Assembly: GCA_008080735.1 (NCBI GenBank)
Contig: SHMW01000050.1
Coordinates: forward strand, 1 to 31,128
Length of the DNA stretch: 31,128 bases
From: Promethearchaeota archaeon
Lineage (GTDB): Archaea; Asgardarchaeota; Lokiarchaeia; Sigyniarchaeales; SOKP01
Direction: 5' to 3'
The notes below the pieces were generated by a model that was not told the DNA's origin, did not search any database, and saw only the letters and a program-made list of their open reading frames with translations. A program made the position numbers and the translations under genes. How positions within the stretch are numbered: the first letter of the stretch is position 1; every line of letters starts with the position of its first letter. This document shows, one piece after another, positions 20,501-28,513 of the stretch.

Positions 20501-23500
20501 TTAATAACAGGTAATTGAATACACTAAGTGATATAAAGGCTAACGAGATTGGATATAAGAAGAATAAGACGAATTTATATCTATATAAAATGCGATGTAT
20601 AAAAAGGATATTGATTATTGTAAAGACACTCATTAAAATCCATATTCTTTCTGGTATATATATTGCCAATAGGAATGTGGCTGCCAGAGACACACTTACT
20701 CCAAGGGGCAGCCAAAAAATCCTGACCTTTATTTTTCGTACTAAATATCCAAAATTATTAAAAAGCAATAGAGAACCAAAGAAGATTGAACAAGCGAAGA
20801 AAATGGCAAAAATATGATAGTTAGTTATTAAACTAAAGCTAAAATAAACAAGCAATGAACTATTTATCACAAGAATAAGCGATATAACAAATTTCATTAT
20901 TGGCTGATTAATCTTTAGATATTTTGAGCTAAATAAGCCTCCTGCAATCATCATAAAGGTTAAATTAAGCGAGATGAAAGGATTTATAATAATTATAAAC
21001 AAGATAGAGAATATAACCAGAAATAACCCAACAAAAATTATAAAATATGAGATGATCAAAATTATTCCATAGGACCTTACATTAGGAAACAATGAATAAA
21101 TCATTAAGAATATACCTGCAGCGATTAGCGTCAATCCAATAATCCAATCGATACCAAAAGCTAGGGTACAGAATAGGTAGTTAACAAATCCTACATTGAT
21201 AGACGCTAAAAGAAACCATATCAATGAAAATAGTTTCCAAAATTTCAATCTCCAAAGTATTGGCATTAGAAGGAAGAGAGATAGGATTCCGAAAAATAAA
21301 CTTGAAAGAATGACATTCTCAATAAATAAATTCTGGCTGATCCAATAAGTTAAAGCTAATGATTCAGACCATATTACTAATAAAACGATATTAAAATACT
21401 GTTTTAATTTAAGATATAACACGGGTAAATAAAAGAGGGAACATATAACTAACGTTATTATCAGCGAACCATTTATATCTAGAATGCCAAAAAAACTTAA
21501 TGCACTTGTTAATATATCTATTCCTCCAAAAAGATTATAGATAAGATAAAAATTGATTAAAGGAACAAATAACCACAACCACCATCCAATTTTCCAAATT
21601 ATCCATGAGATTTCCCACTGATAAATACCAATAGATATATAAAATAGAACTACGGTGAGATTGAGCATTATGATAATTAAGATTGGATTAGAATATGAAA
21701 ATCCGAAATATGAGATCAAAAGAGCATAAAGAAACCCAGGTGAAAAAATTATAAACGAGCTTAAGGCTATCAAGAAGGTAATTTTTCTTAACGAATAAGG
21801 GAGCTCATTAAACAAAATGACAAAACAAATACTTGTAATAGCAGTAGTCAAGCTGAAAGTAAGAATTATATTGTAAAATTGATATCCTGGATTGATGAAA
21901 AGTAATGTATAGGATATCCAGCTACTCAGATTAAATACCAATAGCAAAATTCCTGGTCTTATGAACCATTTGTATTTTTCATTCTCTCTTAAGTAAAAAT
22001 CAAATCCTAACAAGAAAAATAAAACTAAAATCGATATGGTAATCTGATAAATTAGAAAAATATCGGCAAAACTAATTAAAGAGAGAAAGGTAACCGTGGA
22101 AAGAAGAGAGTAAATGGAGTATCGTTCTATGAGGTTCTCAACTTCCGAATATATCGCAATTGAGAGAGCAAATATAATAATAAGGTGAATTAAATATAAT
22201 ATTATTTGAAACCCAAATGGTAAGCTTAAAACTAATCCCAAGACATCAAGCAAATCAAAGAAAATATATGTTTTAGTAAAACCTATTACGCTGAGTAATA
22301 GATATATTTCAAATTTTCTAAGATGATCCTCGGGTCTTTCATATAATAAAACTAAATATAATATTAAGATGCTAAATAACAGAAATTCAGCTGTGTTTAA
22401 AAAAATGCTAAACAGAACGATATTTAGCTTAAAAAAGGTAAGATAATACGTTTTGAGAAAAGAGTTCCCCTCGATTATCCTTATTTTGGATTTTATTAGA
22501 AATTCGATTACGAAAAAGGAAAGAAGGCTTAGACCAATCGCAGAAGAGAGGTCCAGAGGGAGTTTTTCTAAGAAAAACAAAGTCCAGAAATTTTCTATAT
22601 AAAGATAGCTTAAAAGGCCAACATTTAAGAGAAATACAATTGTCTGTGAATAATTGCTTAACCATCCAATTTGATAATTTTCTTTACGCTTATGGAATTT
22701 TAGCTGGAGAGGTAATAGAAGAGTAAAAAATAACGCGAATAATATGAAATATTTTATTATTTCCTGAAATTGATAGAAGGAAGTTAATAGATTAGATATG
22801 AGGATTATTGAACTTAATATGGACGATAAAATGAGGAAAATTCCATTAACATTGATCTGCTGGAAATTATCATATATTCTTCCTAGAATTGTTTTCATTT
22901 TGTCTTTTTGGGAGATATATTCATAATTTAATATGTCTTTGATAAGCCAGAGGGTTATTATATTTGAGAGAAGAAATATTAGAATTGGAATTGCCATTAA
23001 CAGTAAGTTCATAAAAAAATTATATGGCATGAGAAAACCAGAGAAAAGCTCCAAAATTATCAGAGTAGAAACAATATTGATTGCGAGAGAATCAAGGATT
23101 TGGATAAGTTTTGATAGCGCGATTATTTCAGAGGAGACTTTCGATTCTTGCCCAAATATGTCAATAAATTTGATAAATACAAATAGAAGTACTAAAGTAG
23201 GTAAGATTATGTAATAAACATGGACAAAATAACCAACTTTTACTAATTCCAAACCAATAAAAGTTGGGATAGAGATTATAAATACAGATAAGAAAAGAGT
23301 GTTTATTAGAATCAAATATTTTATAATATCTCTACTAAAAAGGGATTTACTATAAGAGAATCCAAGAGGAAGGAAAAGAAAAGTCGATGTAAGAATCAGG
23401 GGTACAATCAAACCAATAAAAAACCCGGATAATAAGTTATTTGAATAATAGAATACAGTTGTTCCCGCAATAATACATTCAATTAAAACTTGGACTTTAA

Positions 23501-25961
23501 GGATATTATTGGAAATATTTTCATCCAAATCTTTCTTTTTCAAAGCTAAATAGAAGAATACTAAAATACCATAAAAAATATATAAACTATAGTTTATCGT
23601 GTTCATAATATCAAAATTTTGTCCAGCCATAACAACCTCCGCATTAAATAATCCAGGAAAAGCTATAATTAGACCGGATAATATAACATTGTTTATCCAC
23701 ATCAATTTTATTATGAGCTTTTGATGATAATTCTTCTGTAAGAGATAAATCAGAGCAAAATTAAATCCAATACAAAAAAAGAGCAATGGAACATTAAATA
23801 TGTAAAATGTATTTAAACTTAGTAAAAAAAATCCATAAAATAAGATTAAAGCGAAATAGAATAATACAGTAAAATTTAGTAATATCTTGAATGTTTCATT
23901 TTTAATTTCATTTATCGAAACCCCAATGTTTACTATAATGGTGCTTAACACGAGGGATATAAATATTGAAAGAAAGAGATTTTGAAAGATGAAGAAATTC
24001 GAAACTATCAAACTTAATGAGAAAAAGCTTAGAGATATCAATACCAAATCAATATTACTAGCGTTAGAATAAAGATCCTCCGAGAATTTTTCTAAATTAT
24101 AACCATATTTAAGCTGGAGTTGTATAAAACTGAATAAAATTATAATATCCAAGAGAATAATACTAATTGAACTTATAAGGAGGATTATATCTTGACTTAA
24201 TATCCACGGAATTGTTAGGCTAGTAATGAACATAAATAAAGACGAGATTAATCCCCAGTTAAGATAAAAGTAGTAAATAGAAGGCTTTTTTATGATGTTG
24301 AAAATCGAATTAATGTAGATAAAGATAATGAAAAGAACGAAAAATAAAACAATTGAAAAACACAATATTGGTAAAAAGATATCAACAGTGAAGAGTAGAA
24401 ATATACGATAATTAAGGTATGTAAAAATAAGCAAATCTAAAAGACCAAAATTCAAGAATAGGGCCTTCTTGAATATTTTTTGCTTCTGTTCTCGAAAATA
24501 GACGGAATACAGTCTATAAAATGATATGAGTAATGTAAATAGGAATATGATTAAAAAAATAAAGATTCTGGAGATAAAAAGAATCTCGATAATTGAAGTA
24601 AATAAAAGCTCTTGCGTTATAATGAGGGGATATATGGAATAAGTTATCGAAAAGAAAGCGATTATTGCGATAATATTCTGGATAATTAAGATATTTTCTT
24701 CTTTAAAACTCTCACGCCGTTTAAATATTTCTAAAGTGAAATAGAGAGATATCGTGAATATTGCGAGTTGAAACTGAAAACTTAAGATGGGGAAATAAAA
24801 TGGAAGAATAAAAAACGATAGAATGAAGATGGGGGTGATTACCAGGGTAAAATAGAAATATTTTAATAGGTGGTTAGAAATATAATCAGATTTTCCTTCA
24901 AGATATAAATCATAAAAAAAGAGGGGAAAAAAGAAGATTGAAACAACTATGAGTTCCATAAAATACAAAGTGCCTACAATACCTAAAAATAGCAAAAGAG
25001 TTATAATAAAATTGTAATTTGTATAAGCTGTCCGCGATTTATTGTTAACCTCCCTTAATTTCCAAAAATAAAGAGATGATACTAACCTTAATTTCGTATA
25101 TAGAAGACAAAAACACAGAATTAGTAATATATTACTAACAATTGAAAATATTTCTAAACTGGAAAATGGTATTTGGAAAATTAGATTTTGGGCTGGTATT
25201 AAAATCATTATTCCGACAATCAGACTTTCAATTGAAATTACAAACTTGTTTTTGAATATTGTCAATCGTTTCCCGAAATATTTCTCAGTTTTCTCATTTG
25301 GGCTAAAAGACGCTCGTTCAGAATCAGTATAAAACCATAAGTATAGCCAGAAAATAGAATTTAATGCTAAAATCGCACTAAGTGAAGTAATCAAATATTG
25401 TGTGCTGAAAAGCAGAACAATCAGATGAATAAACCAATTCCCCAATAAAACAAGATTATGCGGTTCCTTAATCCAAATCATAACATTAATACCATAAAAT
25501 TTTTTCTCATCCGGTCTAAACATTTCAATTGGTTTTTTATAAGAAAAATAGAAGATATTGAGATTAATAGTTCCATAATAGAGTGCGGGGAGGAATTTTA
25601 AAAAAGGATCCTCTGGAATGAGGAGTAGAAAAATCAAGGGAATTACTAAGGATACTAAAGGAATACCGAAAATAAGAAACAATCTGGCATTGAGATTATT
25701 CTTCTGGTTATTAAATATTTGCTTATTTCTATATTGATCGTATTTTGTATAAAGCAATAATTGAGTAGTTACAAAAGGCGGGATGGAATAAGCGATGGAT
25801 GCATTCGTTCCCAACCCAAGGTTGAATAATACAAAATAAAAAATTACGAAAATTATTGATGAAATTATAATCAGATAGAGAAAAAACCACCAAATCTTCC
25901 ACATTAAGTCAGTAATTTTTTCTAATTTATCTTCTGAAGAATTATTCATTGGATTCTCCAA
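17547..25961 (-). CDS. Giant polytopic membrane protein of unknown function (2804 aa)
   Basis: 8.4-kb uninterrupted ORF. I/L/F-rich hydrophobic segments separated by short Lys-rich loops along the whole length; no recognisable soluble domain. Confidence 0.85.
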   Translation of the reverse strand: MENPMNNSSEDKLEKITDLMWKIWWFFLYLIIISSIIFVIFYFVLFNLGLGTNASIAYSIPPFVTTQLLLYTKYDQYRNKQIFNNQKNNLNARLFLIFGIPLVSLVIPLIFLLLIPEDPFLKFLPALYYGTINLNIFYFSYKKPIEMFRPDEKKFYGINVMIWIKEPHNLVLLGNWFIHLIVLLFSTQYLITSLSAILALNSIFWLYLWFYTDSERASFSPNEKTEKYFGKRLTIFKNKFVISIESLIVGIMILIPAQNLIFQIPFSSLEIFSIVSNILLILCFCLLYTKLRLVSSLYFWKLREVNNKSRTAYTNYNFIITLLLFLGIVGTLYFMELIVVSIFFFPLFFYDLYLEGKSDYISNHLLKYFYFTLVITPIFILSFFILPFYFPILSFQFQLAIFTISLYFTLEIFKRRESFKEENILIIQNIIAIIAFFSITYSIYPLIITQELLFTSIIEILFISRIFIFLIIFLFTLLISFYRLYSVYFREQKQKIFKKALFLNFGLLDLLIFTYLNYRIFLLFTVDIFLPILCFSIVLFFVLFIIFIYINSIFNIIKKPSIYYFYLNWGLISSLFMFITSLTIPWILSQDIILLISSISIILLDIIILFSFIQLQLKYGYNLEKFSEDLYSNASNIDLVLISLSFFSLSLIVSNFFIFQNLFLSIFISLVLSTIIVNIGVSINEIKNETFKILLNFTVLFYFALILFYGFFLLSLNTFYIFNVPLLFFCIGFNFALIYLLQKNYHQKLIIKLMWINNVILSGLIIAFPGLFNAEVVMAGQNFDIMNTINYSLYIFYGILVFFYLALKKKDLDENISNNILKVQVLIECIIAGTTVFYYSNNLLSGFFIGLIVPLILTSTFLFLPLGFSYSKSLFSRDIIKYLILINTLFLSVFIISIPTFIGLELVKVGYFVHVYYIILPTLVLLFVFIKFIDIFGQESKVSSEIIALSKLIQILDSLAINIVSTLIILELFSGFLMPYNFFMNLLLMAIPILIFLLSNIITLWLIKDILNYEYISQKDKMKTILGRIYDNFQQINVNGIFLILSSILSSIILISNLLTSFYQFQEIIKYFILFALFFTLLLPLQLKFHKRKENYQIGWLSNYSQTIVFLLNVGLLSYLYIENFWTLFFLEKLPLDLSSAIGLSLLSFFVIEFLIKSKIRIIEGNSFLKTYYLTFFKLNIVLFSIFLNTAEFLLFSILILYLVLLYERPEDHLRKFEIYLLLSVIGFTKTYIFFDLLDVLGLVLSLPFGFQIILYLIHLIIIFALSIAIYSEVENLIERYSIYSLLSTVTFLSLISFADIFLIYQITISILVLFFLLGFDFYLRENEKYKWFIRPGILLLVFNLSSWISYTLLFINPGYQFYNIILTFSLTTAITSICFVILFNELPYSLRKITFLIALSSFIIFSPGFLYALLISYFGFSYSNPILIIIMLNLTVVLFYISIGIYQWEISWIIWKIGWWLWLFVPLINFYLIYNLFGGIDILTSALSFFGILDINGSLIITLVICSLFYLPVLYLKLKQYFNIVLLVIWSESLALTYWISQNLFIENVILSSLFFGILSLFLLMPILWRLKFWKLFSLIWFLLASINVGFVNYLFCTLAFGIDWIIGLTLIAAGIFLMIYSLFPNVRSYGIILIISYFIIFVGLFLVIFSILFIIIINPFISLNLTFMMIAGGLFSSKYLKINQPIMKFVISLILVINSSLLVYFSFSLITNYHIFAIFFACSIFFGSLLLFNNFGYLVRKIKVRIFWLPLGVSVSLAATFLLAIYIPERIWILMSVFTIINILFIHRILYRYKFVLFFLYPISLAFISLSVFNYLLLIREVLLLVWAVIYIITFQLLINLGKRYIKPQEKEYGLYNYLSNLKLFKEINLICFISNSIFLSLIFAYIFSPIFLYRIFLFILFLSILNILVIYYFRINSEVIGVKSPERYTTSFGLIFYSTLIISLAFFIGILLLNIQLLYNIIYLSHLIVFLFLFELLIDFYSIKLLELKLKVRFGFCLLSLLSYLTPSLILFLLVDFSALSLPLAIGIFVTFFAILNLITLKVAETILGFGKSRIINFLELFFDLLSLISVCSLISLSISDFTLFLLIELQTNPIYYIIMILLYFSITGFVLSSIIVNKIKSTYKTAKDLFLTGIIIFLPANLMIIFILYNLINLFLINLVLLLELFLLYISINNANIFALRDKFSTPTKKLLNYLSYAIYIQILVVSYFFISNFLGIQESLLVVNLILISSFILDITVFNELDENVSRALLAPSVISLSVFGSIVLLKYLYLSFILLKLTMVFFISMLLLANYLFYGYRQKAWEYKEDSESYFNSKKFVQLYERINIVLVILWYLSILYLIQESLFLLDLFSQLLILSVILFAFTYIDEFVFQFLKHLRNYLRLIAWIIIMVDSNILLFNLFFLYLYNLSIISIPFVILLIDLELFGFLFLSKFLSFIRKNEFNIKRILFGILYFDFVTFPIYFFSSNLILNYNLLLLSLIIFLGILRFLNNISYFMGENLRKKLSYYCSFIFIHLLSLDLFILLEVYMKPLYAFVTLFLSLNLSLLVLFAFYIVILDLFQRSSKITFISWIVLFLLISAFLFQITYQLTYYSLAISLSLFIISILVFPFVFLLEILKDFFNNLINKIAQFIHSLKLHIKLLLEKVKVFIKQNWVILWKLTSVFIGGMVFILTFFYLGLNLVSSLLVGFGIVVFLIYFVIAQIFKNLNPNLLLKYRIIYLSSIWAGTLGIIFNYIGMGFYLLALFLSLTILGAIFLPYIYYLEKKEGISIKWRFYLTLFFIIILIITLLIFYLQFLINLI

Positions 25962-26143
25962 ATATGACCAATTTGAATATTGAAAAAATATTCTTCTATG
26001 CTATTAAATCTTTTTATCAAATGAACTGAGAAAATACGTGTGGAAAATGGTTTAGCCTGATGATAAAATGCTTTAGAATTACTAAAAAATATATAAAAAA
26101 TATGGAAAATTAAAGATTTCCGAATTATCTCAAGGCAAATTCT

Positions 26144-27463
26144 CTAGCTAAAATTCGGAAGTAAACCTTTTTGTTTTTCCATCATTTCATCAAAAATTTT
26201 CTCGGCCATCTCAAAACTTCCGCAGTTTGGATCTATTGCCAGAGATATTTTTGCGAGTTTCTCAGATTTCTCTAAAATTGCTTGAACACAAATATCTTGG
26301 ATCGTTGCTTCTATACGTAGAAGCGCGGCAATATTCCTTGGGATCTTTCCAAGTTTAATTCCATGGAGTCCATCTTTATCCACCTGGGCAGGGACTTCTA
26401 CTACTAGATCTTGTGGAAGATTTTCTATAATTCCATCATTCGGGATATTAACGGAATTTTCATAGGTATTTTTATCTTCTATTATCGCTTCAATTATCGG
26501 GACTGCTCTTTCTCCAGAATCGACCTTATATAACATTCCTTTACTAGGATACCGCTCCTTTTTAAGTCTCCTATGATATCTCTGTACTCGTTTATAGATC
26601 AATTGATTATATCTGTCAGTTCTATTTATCCAATCGATCATATCTTGAGTTTCGGTAAATTCCTCTCCAAATTGGATATATTCTCCTAAATGGTTGTCTC
26701 CAGGATGGGGAAAGTATCCAAATCGTTGATACACTTCAAAAGTTAACCTAGAGAATTCAAATGGATCCTCATGTTCCTTAAAAAAAGCTATTGCGTGTTC
26801 ATTAAACTTGGGCATAAGATCTTTATCGCTCTTTTCATCTTTCAGATCCAATAAAAATCCAAAATGATTTAGACCTGCTACGGTCATTTTCAAATCTTCT
26901 AATTTTTTATCAAGCATCCTAGGGATGTCTCGTTCTAAGAACTGTATTTGATGACAAAGACCCACGAAATTAATATTCGTTGCTCGCTTGATTGCTAAAC
27001 ATACTCGAGACATAGGATTTGAAAAATTTATTAAGAACGCGTCTGGACATATACGTTCAATATCTTTTGCAATCTCTAAAATAGGTGGTATAATCCTAAA
27101 CGCATGAAAAGTTCCTCCTGGCCCTCCACATTCTCCTAATACTTGAGTTGAACCATGTTTTCGAGGAATCTTATAATCTTGCCACCATAATTCCATTCTA
27201 TCACCAACTTCTATCGAGTTTATAATGAAATCTGCCTCTAAAAACGCTTCCTTACGATCAGTTGTTCTTTGGAGAATAAATTTATTTCCAGCCAATTCAT
27301 TCTCCTTTTCCAAGAGTTCATAAATCATTTCCAGTTTTTCTTTATTAGTATCGTGTAAGACTACCGTTGAACCTTTTAGCAGATCACTCAGATATAAATC
27401 GCTGAACATAGAGGGACCAAAACTTGTTGATCCCGCACCGACCAGTACTATTTTTTTATCCAT
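26144..27463 (-). CDS. Family 4 glycoside hydrolase (NAD+-dependent alpha-galactosidase/glucosidase-like)
   Basis: KIVLVGAGSTSFG Rossmann motif, GECGGPGG, NFSNPM, GLCH, AGLNHF, VVEVP. Confidence 0.92.
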   Translation of the reverse strand: MDKKIVLVGAGSTSFGPSMFSDLYLSDLLKGSTVVLHDTNKEKLEMIYELLEKENELAGNKFILQRTTDRKEAFLEADFIINSIEVGDRMELWWQDYKIPRKHGSTQVLGECGGPGGTFHAFRIIPPILEIAKDIERICPDAFLINFSNPMSRVCLAIKRATNINFVGLCHQIQFLERDIPRMLDKKLEDLKMTVAGLNHFGFLLDLKDEKSDKDLMPKFNEHAIAFFKEHEDPFEFSRLTFEVYQRFGYFPHPGDNHLGEYIQFGEEFTETQDMIDWINRTDRYNQLIYKRVQRYHRRLKKERYPSKGMLYKVDSGERAVPIIEAIIEDKNTYENSVNIPNDGIIENLPQDLVVEVPAQVDKDGLHGIKLGKIPRNIAALLRIEATIQDICVQAILEKSEKLAKISLAIDPNCGSFEMAEKIFDEMMEKQKGLLPNFS

Positions 27464-27581
27464 TTTTTCATATTTCCTTTAAAACTGAAATTTAGTTAGA
27501 TAAATAAATCTTTAAAGGTTAAAGAAGTTTAAATTATCGTCAGAAAAATTCTTCTCTTTATGTGAATAATTATAATTCTAA

Positions 27582-27597
27582 CGGTAAAATTTAAATA
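27582..27597 (+). promoter_or_regulatory. Putative archaeal BRE/TATA promoter of the leader-peptide transcript
   Basis: CGGTAAAA followed by TTTAAATA (27590-27597), 26 nt before ATG 27624, the spacing expected for a leaderless mRNA. The background is AT-rich, so the match alone is weak. Confidence 0.45.
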
Positions 27598-27623
27598 ATC
27601 TTATTGAATTTAATGATATAATA

Positions 27624-27710
27624 ATGATCTCAAATACTACTACTGGTAATACATCGGAAGAATTCTTATCCGAGTTAGATTTAGGTGTAGTGGTAGTAGT
27701 AGTATTATAA
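27624..27710 (+). CDS. Putative leader peptide, 28 aa (MISNTTTGNTSEEFLSELDLGVVVVVVL)
   Basis: Hand-translated. Six consecutive Val codons (27687-27704) then Leu and TAA, directly before a structured region. Confidence 0.5.
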   Translation: MISNTTTGNTSEEFLSELDLGVVVVVVL

Positions 27711-27711
27711 G

Positions 27712-27864
27712 CAAGAGAACATTTCCGACCAACCTTTTTCTTATGAAATGCTTGCGGGGTGTTCTCTTGGTGTGCGAGTCAATTTTATTCGAGAAAGGTT
27801 CTTGAAATGTTTTCCGCTTTTCTGAGATCTGGATATATATTAAAATAAACAGAAAGGAGGAAAA
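27712..27864 (+). promoter_or_regulatory. Structured cis-regulatory RNA with alternative helices and an SD-sequestering hairpin
   Basis: Pairings by eye: 27712-27725/27756-27769; 27731-27740/27791-27800; 27743-27756/27773-27788; 27715-27725/27804-27814; 27792-27798/27817-27823; 27810-27824/27850-27864, which covers AGGAGG. Confidence 0.6.
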
Positions 27865-27866
27865 AA

Positions 27867-28004
27867 ATGACAGTTATTCGAGAGCAAGATATTGAATTTA
27901 AGCCTATTGAGATTGACAATTCAAAGGAAATTATTAAAATGTTGGATTATTGTAATTTCGGAATGCCAGGCGAATTCTTTATCCATAGTGAAATGGCTTG
28001 GTAA
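27867..28004 (+). CDS. Small hypothetical protein, 45 aa (MTVIREQDIEFKPIEIDNSKEIIKMLDYCNFGMPGEFFIHSEMAW)
   Basis: Hand-translated. Strong AAAGGAGG SD ending 6 nt before the ATG; protein-like composition. Confidence 0.6.
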   Translation: MTVIREQDIEFKPIEIDNSKEIIKMLDYCNFGMPGEFFIHSEMAW

Positions 28005-28238
28005 TATAAAAAATCAAACTATATTTTATAGTAAATCATTTCTCTTGTTATTCCATTTTATAAAATCTTAATGATTTTTCGCGCTTATAATAAATTCTTT
28101 ACCTAATTTGATATTTTTCATATAATTCTCCATTTAATTTCAAAAGACTTAAATATCCTCTTTTGTATCAAATATAATGGTGGACAAAGAATTTTTGATC
28201 TTAAATTTTGAACTTCAAACAAAAAACTGAGCTGGCAA

Positions 28239-28448
28239 ATGAATAAACAAATTGAAAGGACATTTAAAAAAATATCTGTAAAATATATTAAAAATTTTCA
28301 GAGAGAAAAAGAGGATAAGGCAATCGCACCTGATGAATTTTACACTACTATTGTAAAGGATTCAGAAATACGACAGGAAACCCTTGAGAATGAAGATGAA
28401 CTCAAGATGGGACGATTATGGAATAAATATAGTAATTTTAGAAGATAA
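28239..28448 (+). CDS. Small charged hypothetical protein (69 aa)
   Basis: Non-overlapping ORF filling the gap, convergent with the aminotransferase; no motif recognised. Confidence 0.55.
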   Translation: MNKQIERTFKKISVKYIKNFQREKEDKAIAPDEFYTTIVKDSEIRQETLENEDELKMGRLWNKYSNFRR

Positions 28449-28513
28449 AATTATGATGATGAAATCTGAACTCTTTCCTCTATAGTTTTAATTTGGTTCT
28501 AATGGGAATATAT

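Noticed and set aside
252-23214. Many 60-130 aa ORFs antisense to or overlapping the long genes
   Set aside because: Shadow frames of well-supported CDSs with no recognisable motifs.
27731-27800. Possible SECIS element (AUGA within a long hairpin)
   Set aside because: No adjacent ORF with an in-frame UGA, and the AUGA pairs conventionally rather than forming a GA/GA core.
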